Source: a virus
Lineage: Duplodnaviria; Caudoviricetes
Length of the DNA stretch: 64,000 nt
IMG/VR virus record: IMGVR_UViG_3300028804_000002
Coordinates: 32,001-96,000 of that record
Strand: one strand, 5' to 3'
A program made the translations under genes and the position numbers. Of the stretch, positions 38,619-47,553 are shown piece by piece (the first letter of the stretch is position 1; every line of letters starts with the position of its first letter). Below the pieces are notes generated by a model. The model ran no database searches. It had not been told where the DNA came from and saw nothing but the letters and a program-made list of their open reading frames with translations.

Positions 38619-38884
38619 GGTTTCTTTTTTTCAAAGTATTTCATTGCAATATAATGCATAAAAACAGATCCTGTTACAGCTCCTATTAGATAAGTTATTA
38701 ATAATATCCAATTATCTAAATTTAGAATAAGTTGTCTTATTACTAATAAATACATTCCATTACTTAATACTGAAGCAATTGTATGATACAATAGACTATT
38801 ACTATTTCTTGCTCTACTTATTAAAGTAAAACTTGCATGTTGTAATATAACAAGACCTAACATTTTTAATATCTCTATTATCAT
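38615..38884 (-). CDS. Small membrane protein (about 3 TM)
   Basis: Hydrophobic helices; coupled to neighbours by ATGA overlaps. Confidence 0.65.
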   Translation of the reverse strand: MIIEILKMLGLVILQHASFTLISRARNSNSLLYHTIASVLSNGMYLLVIRQLILNLDNWILLITYLIGAVTGSVFMHYIAMKYFEKKKP

Positions 38885-39675
38885 AACGACTTAAATTTAG
38901 CAAATCCAAATGAAAGTTTTACTGTTGACGTTACAACTGATAATGAATGTGGATATATATCTGGTCTAAAAAATATAAACCTATCATGGATTTTTTTTCT
39001 TGAAATTCCTTTAATTAAAAAATAAGATCTTCCAAAAAGCTTAATATTAAGACGATAATGTTTACCATTTTTTATTGGATCAGTATGCCATGGTAATGTT
39101 GTGTTTGCCTCATATTTTAATATATAAGCATCAAATCCTATATTACCAATTCTTTTAGACCATAAACAAAATTTTTTATATTCGGCTCCATCTTGTCTAC
39201 CTTTAATCCATCTCCAAAGCTTAATTGGATCAGATTTTTTAGCTCTTTGAATGAGATATTCTGTTACTACTTTCCAATTTGGAAATTTGGATGTATTAAA
39301 ATGAATATGCTCTCCTTCAAATTCAAGTTGACCATGTTCGGTCATATCGTCTACTAAAAAATCTCCTTTTAATAGAGATTTATCAGTACACATTATAGTT
39401 TTATTAAGAACATCATAGCCTAAATATTGTTCAACCCAATCAGCTTTTTCAGTATAACAATGTGTATTAGATGGGCTTGGTCTTGTGAGTATCCATACAT
39501 CATAATATTTCTCTAATTCTTTAAAAGATTCTATAGCATCATCCAATGGATCTAATTCTATAAAAAATCCTTTTCTAGAATGTGGAAATGGATTACTTTG
39601 ACTTTGTTCTTGTAGAAATGGTTTATAAAAGTCACAGAGGACTCCATCCATATCAATATAAAGTTTCTTTTTCAT
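38881..39675 (-). CDS. 5'(3')-deoxyribonucleotidase (HAD) fused to a 2OG-Fe(II) oxygenase-like domain
   Basis: YIDMDGVL, LTRP, EK..W, GDFLVDD; C-terminal WHTD...FRPDIYPHS. Confidence 0.75.
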   Translation of the reverse strand: MKKKLYIDMDGVLCDFYKPFLQEQSQSNPFPHSRKGFFIELDPLDDAIESFKELEKYYDVWILTRPSPSNTHCYTEKADWVEQYLGYDVLNKTIMCTDKSLLKGDFLVDDMTEHGQLEFEGEHIHFNTSKFPNWKVVTEYLIQRAKKSDPIKLWRWIKGRQDGAEYKKFCLWSKRIGNIGFDAYILKYEANTTLPWHTDPIKNGKHYRLNIKLFGRSYFLIKGISRKKIHDRFIFFRPDIYPHSLSVVTSTVKLSFGFAKFKSL

Positions 39676-39679
39676 ATTA

Positions 39680-40360
39680 TTATCTTTGTTCGTCCCTTAA
39701 TCTGTCTTTTTCTTTTATAATCATGAGTCTATCTACTCCAATAGCAAACCCAGCTCCTCCATCATATTCTCCTCCTCCACAAACTTGTTGTGCAGTTCCA
39801 AGTTCAGGACACATTATTTCAAATCCAATACCTTCTTTATAATAATCAAGACCTCTAGGAACATTATCTCTTACAATAAGGTTAGGAGTTATCTCCTTTA
39901 TAAGATGTTCAGCTATATGTCGTAAATATTGTATAGTAGGCATTTCAGATTCTTTAGTTCCAATATATCCTGTGGGATTTATAATTTCTACTCCAAATTG
40001 AGTAAATTCTCTCCATCTTCCAAATTGTTGTTTTTCTCCTCTAAAACATTGTTGCACATAAAAGATTTTTACATCTTTCTTATACTTAAAGTATTCTTTA
40101 GATAACTTCTGAATAACTGCCGTATATTCTGGTGCTAGACATAAGTTTCTACTACCTCTATCACTAAAATTATACATTAAATTATTATTTTCTTCTCCAA
40201 CTTTATCTTTGAATGTTTCTTGGAATTGTAGTATTGGAATAGAAATCTCTGTAAACTTGTTTGCTACGACGATTTCAATAAACCTGTTAATCATGGTACG
40301 TTTACTACTACCAAATCTTATTACTGTACCTGGAGTACAAGTTTGTTTTATCTCTAGCAT
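39680..40360 (-). CDS. Histidyl-tRNA synthetase catalytic core only (mini-HisRS)
   Basis: LAPEYTA, FRGEKQQFGRWREFTQFGVE, RGLDYY, CGGGEY, GFAIGVDRL; only 226 aa. Confidence 0.85.
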   Translation of the reverse strand: MLEIKQTCTPGTVIRFGSSKRTMINRFIEIVVANKFTEISIPILQFQETFKDKVGEENNNLMYNFSDRGSRNLCLAPEYTAVIQKLSKEYFKYKKDVKIFYVQQCFRGEKQQFGRWREFTQFGVEIINPTGYIGTKESEMPTIQYLRHIAEHLIKEITPNLIVRDNVPRGLDYYKEGIGFEIMCPELGTAQQVCGGGEYDGGAGFAIGVDRLMIIKEKDRLRDEQR

Positions 40361-40519
40361 AAATTAATTATTTAAGCAATAAAATAATTATACCAAAACA
40401 AATAAATCCTGCAGCAAAAGAATTTAAAATATTTGGTCTACCATTTATTGAATCTTTTATAGCTATTACTAAATTTGTTATCATTAGTAATATCATTAAT
40501 ATTATTGATATCATTGTGA

Positions 40520-41050
40520 TTAAGTTTGTATAAATTCGATTGCATCCTTGGTATAATTACCCCATACTGTATTTTTATTACATTTTGAAGTTATACTAGA
40601 TTCGTCAATTTTAAATGTTTTTAAATCTATTCCAAACTCATCAATAAGAGTTCCATTAATATATCCTCCGTTGTCTGACGAAGTTACTCCTCTATAAACT
40701 CTTTTATGAATTACTTTACATAAACCTGAAACTACTAAATCTTGAGTTATTAATTTAAGCAATTCTGTATAAAGTTTTGTAAGAGATGCTTTTGGATAAT
40801 AATGAACTGTTATTAAGAATATATCCTCAATACTTCTTCTTTTACCAGGCATACATTGTATCTTACCATTAGATACATATACAGTTTCAAGTTTCTTATT
40901 ATAATTAGAAAAGAAAGCTTTTAGAAAAGATTGAGGAGATTTTTGTTCTGGTTTAGTTAAACCTTTAAGTTTTAATCCTGGCTGTTTAAGTATATAAGCT
41001 TTAGCTTTTAATATAGCTTCTGCTGTTTTCTCTTTTTTAGTTGTTGCCAT
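40520..41050 (-). CDS. Hypothetical protein, QC-x3-R-x-RSxED-like family
   Basis: IQCMPGKRRSIED...LCKVIHKRVY. Confidence 0.6.
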   Translation of the reverse strand: MATTKKEKTAEAILKAKAYILKQPGLKLKGLTKPEQKSPQSFLKAFFSNYNKKLETVYVSNGKIQCMPGKRRSIEDIFLITVHYYPKASLTKLYTELLKLITQDLVVSGLCKVIHKRVYRGVTSSDNGGYINGTLIDEFGIDLKTFKIDESSITSKCNKNTVWGNYTKDAIEFIQT

Positions 41051-41095
41051 TTTTATTCATATTTTAAAACTTTTTAATAAGTTTAGTTTGCTTTT

Positions 41096-41590
41096 TTATC
41101 TTTTCTTATGTTTATTACCTTTTTTAAGTACATAATTTTCATTCTTATACTTAATAAGTTGATCTCGAAGAACATTAAGTTTTGCTTCAACAGCACCATC
41201 AATGATAATATTAAGATATTCAAGCCGAGGCTTTTTAGTCTTATCGGTTCTATATTGTGGAGGAGATACAAAAGTAAATATTTGTGTACCATCTGGAAGC
41301 TTAAACCAACGTTTATCATAGAGGGCTTCAAAATATTGAAGTTGAGATAACTGTCTTTGAGTTATTTCATAAATAAGACCATGAGTTTCAGCTCCAGGCT
41401 CATATTCAATATTAGCAAAGGTATATTGAGAGTAACTATATCCAGCATCAAAAACTAATTTCCAATGTTCTAATATATGTGGTATACCAGGTGATATATG
41501 TCCAAGCCATCCAAGTCTATCTCTCATTCTATCTAAACTAATATTAGAGCCATAAGCAAAATATTTTACTTTTTTATTTCTTCCAAACAT
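41096..41590 (-). CDS. Gamma-glutamyl cyclotransferase (AIG2-like)
   Basis: YFAYGSNI, ANIE, GLIYEI, LQYFEALY, YLNIIIDGA. Confidence 0.85.
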   Translation of the reverse strand: MFGRNKKVKYFAYGSNISLDRMRDRLGWLGHISPGIPHILEHWKLVFDAGYSYSQYTFANIEYEPGAETHGLIYEITQRQLSQLQYFEALYDKRWFKLPDGTQIFTFVSPPQYRTDKTKKPRLEYLNIIIDGAVEAKLNVLRDQLIKYKNENYVLKKGNKHKKR

Positions 41591-42297
41591 GTTTCTTTTG
41601 TTTTTAATTCTTTTCCTTCTGGAATATATTTTCCAGTAAGTACTTCAATAATTTTATCAAGATCTACATTATTTGGTAAACTACGATATTCAATTCTATC
41701 ACCTAATTGACCTTCTTTTATAGCATAAACTCCTTTTACTCTATTTGTATCCTTAATTTCTTTTTTGAATGCTTGATCAAGATCAAATATAGGATTCATA
41801 TAATTAAACAAACTCGCATAAGATTTTGTTGTATTACTTGAATCATATCTATATTTATCTTCAACTTCAACTCTTCTATATTCTGTATAGTTAAAGATTT
41901 TATTTTCTGAAAAGTTAATTTGTAATGAAGCCTTTCTTAAACCTTTTGGAAGTACTTTACTTACTGCACCATTAGGATAAATACTAAATTCTTCAAGAGC
42001 TTCAAGTCTTTTAGAATTAACAAAAGCTTTATCCTTTCTGCATTGTCTTATAAATTCGTCAGATAAAGTCACTTCTGGTATAAATCTTATATGACAATTC
42101 TTAGATTCTATAAGAATTTGTTCATTATAAATAAGTTTTTTAAGCTCAAATATACAATCAACAATATTGTTATGTATTCCAGTTCTTATTTCTCCAATAA
42201 GTGGATTACCATCCACATTATTAGTTACAGTTCTAGCTGTTATTATTTCATTTTTTCTATTGAAGACAAAAAATTCAAGTTCAATTCCGTATTTCAT
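41566..42297 (-). CDS. Divergent COOH-NH2 ligase (GS/GCS fold)
   Basis: YGIELEFF, DG...GEIRT, SLQINFS, GVYAIK, IEYRSLPN. Confidence 0.65.
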   Translation of the reverse strand: MKYGIELEFFVFNRKNEIITARTVTNNVDGNPLIGEIRTGIHNNIVDCIFELKKLIYNEQILIESKNCHIRFIPEVTLSDEFIRQCRKDKAFVNSKRLEALEEFSIYPNGAVSKVLPKGLRKASLQINFSENKIFNYTEYRRVEVEDKYRYDSSNTTKSYASLFNYMNPIFDLDQAFKKEIKDTNRVKGVYAIKEGQLGDRIEYRSLPNNVDLDKIIEVLTGKYIPEGKELKTKETCLEEIKK

Positions 42298-42301
42298 ATT
42301 A

Positions 42302-42562
42302 TTATGTTTTTAGTATTTTATTTAATTCTACTTCAGAAATATATGGAGTGGGAGGACAACCAAGACGATCTTCTTTTTCTTTTCTTCCTGAATGTAATTC
42401 AATATAGGTTGCACGATTATTATTGTCTTCGTTTCTTTCTTCTATACAATCCCATATTTCTTCAAATAGATTTTTTGCTTCTTCTTTAGAACTACAAACA
42501 GCTACCGTAAATCCAGGTTCATATGGATCTCCAATATCTTCTATTAATAATATAGTTTTCAT
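42302..42562 (-). CDS. Hypothetical protein
   Basis: ORF track. Confidence 0.5.
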   Translation of the reverse strand: MKTILLIEDIGDPYEPGFTVAVCSSKEEAKNLFEEIWDCIEERNEDNNNRATYIELHSGRKEKEDRLGCPPTPYISEVELNKILKT

Positions 42563-42563
42563 A

Positions 42564-43013
42564 TTATTTTGGTAATTTAATTTTTTCTCTTACAAGAGCT
42601 TCAAGATATTCTATTTTTCTATTTGTAAGTGATAATATAATTATTTTTACGTCGTCTAAACTTAAACAAACTGTTTTATTAATAAGATGACTTTCTGCAG
42701 CATTTTTAGTTGAGAATTTTTGTATCCAATCATAATTTACTGCATTATAATGAGCAATGTCTTTATTTGAGTATATTTTACATTCCAAATTATGTAAAAC
42801 ATTTATATAGAAAAATTCATCTCCTTCATAAATATTTACTCCATCAATTGTTTTAAAAAGAAATTTAGGACTTAATAATTCCCAATCATTACTATTTTCA
42901 ATTATTTCTTTAGGTATTGATTGATCAAACTTTCCATTATTTCTCCAATAATATAAATTATCTGTACCTTCTATATAGATAAGTCCAGTATTTTTATGCC
43001 CATATCTTTTCAT
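42564..43013 (-). CDS. Hypothetical protein
   Basis: FKTIDGVNIYEGD motif; ORF track. Confidence 0.55.
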   Translation of the reverse strand: MKRYGHKNTGLIYIEGTDNLYYWRNNGKFDQSIPKEIIENSNDWELLSPKFLFKTIDGVNIYEGDEFFYINVLHNLECKIYSNKDIAHYNAVNYDWIQKFSTKNAAESHLINKTVCLSLDDVKIIILSLTNRKIEYLEALVREKIKLPK

Positions 43014-43154
43014 AATTATTTAAATTTTAAGAATAATACATAACCACACCAGATTATAGAAACATAAAATTTATGTCTATAGTGATGTTTTTGATCTCGA
43101 AAAATTATTATAAATTTTGGATTAAAACTAAATTTGGGTGCTTTATGTATCATA

Positions 43155-43472
43155 TTACCAATTTAACATCCACATAGTAAGTAAGCCTGGAGCATAACCA
43201 TTTCTTCTTTTAAAAGAATTAACTATCACAAAGTTTAAACTACGTAAATTTTTCTGTAAATTAAGTTCACTCTCGGTAGTTATTACAAATACTGCTCTTT
43301 GTCCCCCTATTATTACAGGAGTGTATTCTTTTTTAGCTTCTTCTTTAAGCTTTTCTATCTCATTTCTTATATTTTCAATAGGTTCATCATCTGGCATAGA
43401 TAATTGACAAAGAGCACAACATGCTGTATTTGTTTTTGTTATTGGCATATTATTAAGTTTAAATTGTTTCAA
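43155..43472 (-). CDS. Small Cys-motif GNAT-like protein
   Basis: TACCAL...LNFVIVNSFKRR. Confidence 0.45.
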   Translation of the reverse strand: MKQFKLNNMPITKTNTACCALCQLSMPDDEPIENIRNEIEKLKEEAKKEYTPVIIGGQRAVFVITTESELNLQKNLRSLNFVIVNSFKRRNGYAPGLLTMWMLNW

Positions 43473-43689
43473 CTATAGTTTCAGTATTAAAATATTTAGC
43501 CATTGTCATTTGGAATATTCCAGCTATCTTAGGTTGACATTTAACTAAAGAACATAATTCTTTACCTTCTTGTTTACCAAGATATTTTGTAACTGCCCAA
43601 GAATTACGAAAAACTGGAGTTCTTTTCCATATAACTTCCTTATAAATAAAGGTCTCTCCTGTTTTAAGCCATTTTAATTCTAACTCCAT
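43459..43689 (-). CDS. Hypothetical protein
   Basis: ORF track. Confidence 0.5.
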   Translation of the reverse strand: MELELKWLKTGETFIYKEVIWKRTPVFRNSWAVTKYLGKQEGKELCSLVKCQPKIAGIFQMTMAKYFNTETIVETI

Positions 43690-43690
43690 T

Positions 43691-43957
43691 TTAATCGTAT
43701 ATTAAATGTTCTTGATGAAAGTTTTGTTCTTTCTTAGAAATTTCTTCTGGGTGTTCAAGTTCAAAAGTTCTGTTAAATTCAATTTCTAATTTGTGTTCAA
43801 CAAAATTTTTATCACTTTTATTTCTATTTACTTTCATAAAAAATACCCAAACTCCTTGTTTTCTAATAATATAATATAATATACCTAATGGATTTTTTGG
43901 TGTAGGAAGTGATCTTACTATTCTGCCTTCAATTGTTTTTCCTCTACTCAGTATCAT
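43691..43957 (-). CDS. Hypothetical protein
   Basis: ORF track. Confidence 0.5.
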   Translation of the reverse strand: MILSRGKTIEGRIVRSLPTPKNPLGILYYIIRKQGVWVFFMKVNRNKSDKNFVEHKLEIEFNRTFELEHPEEISKKEQNFHQEHLIYD

Positions 43958-43959
43958 AA

Positions 43960-44520
43960 TTAATCTGTATGAAAATCATTAAATTCATCTTTTTCTTCAC
44001 TTTTTTGTTTTCTATATAATGGATTTGAACCACCACTTTCTTCCCAAGCTCTCCAATCTTCTCTGGTTAATGTACTCCAAGTAGCTACTCCTGGAAAGGA
44101 TTTAAATGGTAATTTAGTTTTTTTAGTTTTCCATTCATTTGTTTCTTTATCGTAATACTCATCTTTTTCAAAGTATTTTTTATCTTTACTAATTTCAGAA
44201 GGATGAGTTGCTTCGGATATTGATTTAATAACCCAAGATATTTGATCTTCTCTTACTGCATATTTTGCAGATAGTTCATATTGTTGAGCACGATCATTTA
44301 TATTTATTTGATGATCAAGCCAACTAAGTTCTTTTTCCAATTTATCTCTGTCAACTAATAGACCTGTAATACCAGGTAAACCTTCAATAAAAATCCAATT
44401 TAGAGCTGATATAGCTTCATTTTTATTAGCGTCATGTTCATGAAATCTCGATTCTAAATTAGTTAGGTAATTTATCTGATCAATTAACTTTGATTCATTG
44501 ACTATTATCATTCTACTCAT
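43960..44520 (-). CDS. Hypothetical protein
   Basis: ORF track. Confidence 0.5.
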   Translation of the reverse strand: MSRMIIVNESKLIDQINYLTNLESRFHEHDANKNEAISALNWIFIEGLPGITGLLVDRDKLEKELSWLDHQININDRAQQYELSAKYAVREDQISWVIKSISEATHPSEISKDKKYFEKDEYYDKETNEWKTKKTKLPFKSFPGVATWSTLTREDWRAWEESGGSNPLYRKQKSEEKDEFNDFHTD

Positions 44521-44924
44521 AAAATAATTTGATAAAGACTTTGTTTATAATTTCCATCCTTTCCATGTAAATAATTTGGATAAGTACTTAATTTTTGAAA
44601 TCCTAATTTCAAAAGTGTATTATCTGGAAAGCTTTGACCAAGAGTAGTTATTATACTACCTACTCCATTCTTTTTGTAAGTCTTAAAAACATGTTTAATT
44701 AAATCAATTAAATAGTCACTTGATGGTAAATGTCCATATTTACATAATACTACACATCCACAACCAGAATGCATATCTTTTAAAGAAAATGTTGTATTAC
44801 TTATAACAACACAGATTGAAGGATGATAATGTCCATTTCTCACTTCAATTTTAAATTCGGATTGAATCTTATTCTTCTTCAATATTTCTTCTAATTCTTC
44901 TTTCAATTTTGATTCTACTATCAT
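44517..44924 (-). CDS. Cys-motif GNAT-like protein
   Basis: DMHSGCGCVVL...LKLGFQKLSTYPN. Confidence 0.45.
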   Translation of the reverse strand: MIVESKLKEELEEILKKNKIQSEFKIEVRNGHYHPSICVVISNTTFSLKDMHSGCGCVVLCKYGHLPSSDYLIDLIKHVFKTYKKNGVGSIITTLGQSFPDNTLLKLGFQKLSTYPNYLHGKDGNYKQSLYQIIL

Positions 44925-45160
44925 AGTGTTATATTGTAAGTTATTTATATTTTATTTGGATAGTTCAATATATTTTAGTATTATTTAGCATGAATAATAT
45001 AACTAATTCTTGCAATGGATCTAGTGGCTGTGAAATTAAAGTAATACTTCCACACGGTTCCAATTCAATAAAAATTCGATAATCTCATATTATCTTGAGT
45101 AAATGCTTGATAATTAATACTTAACCGTTCCGTTTGCGGTATAACATACGGACCTACAAA

Positions 45161-45736
45161 ATGGCTTCAAAATATTATATTCAAAAAGGTCTGCTTATAA
45201 AAAAAGCTGATCAAAAAGATGACACTAATCTTTTCGATTTTAGTAAACTCATAGAAAATGAGTTAGATCGTCTTAATGTAGCTTCATTTAATGAATGTTG
45301 CGACACTGCTGGTACAGATCCACAACCTGTACAATTTGATCCAACAACTGGATCTTTACAAACTTTTAACGGTACTTCCTACGCAGAATTATCTGCAGGT
45401 ATATCTGCTAATTCAATGCTTGCTGGATTTTTTCCACTTGTAGCACAAAATGATATAACTGCTGGTACAGGAGGTGCAATTGTTGTTACAAATTATCTTA
45501 CTACAATTAATACTGATGCTGGTGGTGATGCGTTTACTTTAGCAGATGGCGTACAAGTTGGTCAGCTTAAAAAGATTTTATTAGTAGCAGACGGTGGAGG
45601 TAATGCTGTTATAACTCCAGTAAATTTATCTGGTGGTACAACCATTACAATGAATGATGCTGGTGATTATGTAGTATTAATTTGGGATGGTACAGATTGG
45701 GTTACACTAGAGAATTCTGGTTCAACTATTGCTTAA
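45161..45736 (+). CDS. Virion decoration/fibre protein
   Basis: Start at ATG 45161; C-terminal beta domain LADG..GQLKKI...WDGTDW shared with next gene. Confidence 0.6.
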   Translation: MASKYYIQKGLLIKKADQKDDTNLFDFSKLIENELDRLNVASFNECCDTAGTDPQPVQFDPTTGSLQTFNGTSYAELSAGISANSMLAGFFPLVAQNDITAGTGGAIVVTNYLTTINTDAGGDAFTLADGVQVGQLKKILLVADGGGNAVITPVNLSGGTTITMNDAGDYVVLIWDGTDWVTLENSGSTIA

Positions 45737-45756
45737 TCTTTTAAAATAATTTAATA

Positions 45757-46329
45757 ATGGCAACAAGTCAATTTCAAGCTAGTTCAGGCATACTTTTAGA
45801 TGGAGTAAATATATTGAATGGTACAGTAGATCTTAATGGTACTGCTAATGCTCTTATATTAGATGCTGATGGAGATACTCATATAAGTTCTCCTTCTGAT
45901 GATCAAATAGATATATCTATTAATGGATCAGATGATTTTACAATTACTTCTAATTCATTTAATGTATTAGCGGGATCTACCATTGCAGGACCTTCATCTA
46001 CTTTTGGTACTTTTATACCAATATCTACACAACAGAATTTATCTGGTGCCGGTGCAGTTAATGTAACTTCTTATTATACAGCATGGACTACTACTGGTTC
46101 TAATGCAGGTACATTAGCAGATGGTGTAGTTAAAGGTCAACTTAAGAAGATTCAAATGGTAACTGATGGTGGTGATGGTACTCTCACTCCAACAAATCTT
46201 AGTGGTGGAACAACAATAACTTTTGCTGATGTTGGAGATTATGTTCTCCTCTATTTCAACGGCACAGCATGGGTTTTGTTAGAATCAGGTAATCATGCTG
46301 ATGGTACATCAGCTCCTGCATTTGCTTAA
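45757..46329 (+). CDS. Virion decoration/fibre protein (paralog)
   Basis: LADGVVKGQLKKI...FNGTAW. Confidence 0.6.
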   Translation: MATSQFQASSGILLDGVNILNGTVDLNGTANALILDADGDTHISSPSDDQIDISINGSDDFTITSNSFNVLAGSTIAGPSSTFGTFIPISTQQNLSGAGAVNVTSYYTAWTTTGSNAGTLADGVVKGQLKKIQMVTDGGDGTLTPTNLSGGTTITFADVGDYVLLYFNGTAWVLLESGNHADGTSAPAFA

Positions 46330-46348
46330 TATTTAAAATTATAATACC

Positions 46349-47551
46349 TTGCCTAGCATTCATGAACAAATACTAGAGAAATTAAATACTCTAGATAAAA
46401 AGTCAAAGCAAAAACAAATATTATATAACAATGGGCCTCTCTCCGGAGAGGTTTCCTGTTGTTATGTATTAGGTATAGATAATTCTACAGGTGATATTTA
46501 TTATAAAGATGAAGATGGACAATGGGCATTAATTATTGATGGAGGTTCTTCTCCTTTAACTGCAGATTTACCGTTACTGATATCCTCTGATGTTATAAGT
46601 ATACCATTAGCTGATACAAATAATGATGGATACCTTTCTACAACTGACTGGGATTTATTTGATCGTAAATGGGGTCCAGCAGGAAACACTGCATTAGGTG
46701 GAGATTTTATTGGAACATTAAATGCTCAACCACTTATATTTAAAACTAATAATACTTATGTTGGTAGTGTATCAGGAGACGGTAAATTTAATTGGGATTT
46801 TGCTCAAGGTGGTACAACATTAGGTACTGGTCAAATGAATACGATTTTTGGTTATGATCAAGCAATAGCAGGAACAGCAAGTTATAATATTATAGGTGGT
46901 TTTCAAAGTAATATAGGCGCAAATGTCCTTGCAGCTACAGCTATAGGTTATAACACAAGAGTTAATTATAATTATGGAGCAGCATTTAACTCTGGAACTG
47001 TTGCTAATAGTGTTGGAGCTTTTGCTGCTAATAATGCTGAAGTTATAGCATTTTATGGAGCAGGATTTGGAAAATATAACGAAACTGCCACTGACACTTC
47101 AACTCCAACTAGTACTTCTTCACAGAATAGGATATTTATAATAGGTAATGGTTCGGGAACAGGTAATAGACATAATGCTCTTACTGTTTTACATGGTTCA
47201 GATACTACAAATGGTACTAAGCCATTATTTGGTTTTAATACGTTGCTTCCAACATCTACAGTAAGTGTAGCTGGTTCATTTGAAGCTTCTTATGTTGCTA
47301 AAACAGCAGATTATACAGCTACAGATTTAGATTATACTATACATTTTACTTCAGGAACTGATACTTTTACACTTCCAACTGCAGTGGGATGTACTGGAAG
47401 AATCTATGTAGTAAAAAATACAACTGGAGGAAATCTTACATTAGCTACAACATCTTCACAAACAATAGATGGTGCTGCTCCAGGTACATTAGCTAATGGT
47501 GCAGCCGCTCAATTTCAAAGTACTGGAGCTAACTGGATTAAGATTAATTAA
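46349..47551 (+). CDS. Tail-fibre-like protein
   Basis: GYLSTTDW, FIGT...L.FKTNN, Gly/Asn beta-roll repeats, TLPTA..GRIY C-terminal domain. Confidence 0.65.
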   Translation: MPSIHEQILEKLNTLDKKSKQKQILYNNGPLSGEVSCCYVLGIDNSTGDIYYKDEDGQWALIIDGGSSPLTADLPLLISSDVISIPLADTNNDGYLSTTDWDLFDRKWGPAGNTALGGDFIGTLNAQPLIFKTNNTYVGSVSGDGKFNWDFAQGGTTLGTGQMNTIFGYDQAIAGTASYNIIGGFQSNIGANVLAATAIGYNTRVNYNYGAAFNSGTVANSVGAFAANNAEVIAFYGAGFGKYNETATDTSTPTSTSSQNRIFIIGNGSGTGNRHNALTVLHGSDTTNGTKPLFGFNTLLPTSTVSVAGSFEASYVAKTADYTATDLDYTIHFTSGTDTFTLPTAVGCTGRIYVVKNTTGGNLTLATTSSQTIDGAAPGTLANGAAAQFQSTGANWIKIN

Positions 47552-47553
47552 AT

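Noticed and set aside
39680-40360. HisZ (ATP-PRT regulatory subunit) call
   Set aside because: Retains RGLDYY and the His-binding residues HisZ lacks, and there is no hisG nearby
44990-45082. 30-aa Cys-containing ORF at the start of the + strand island
   Set aside because: Too short, only a weak promoter match and no recognisable motif; cannot be supported
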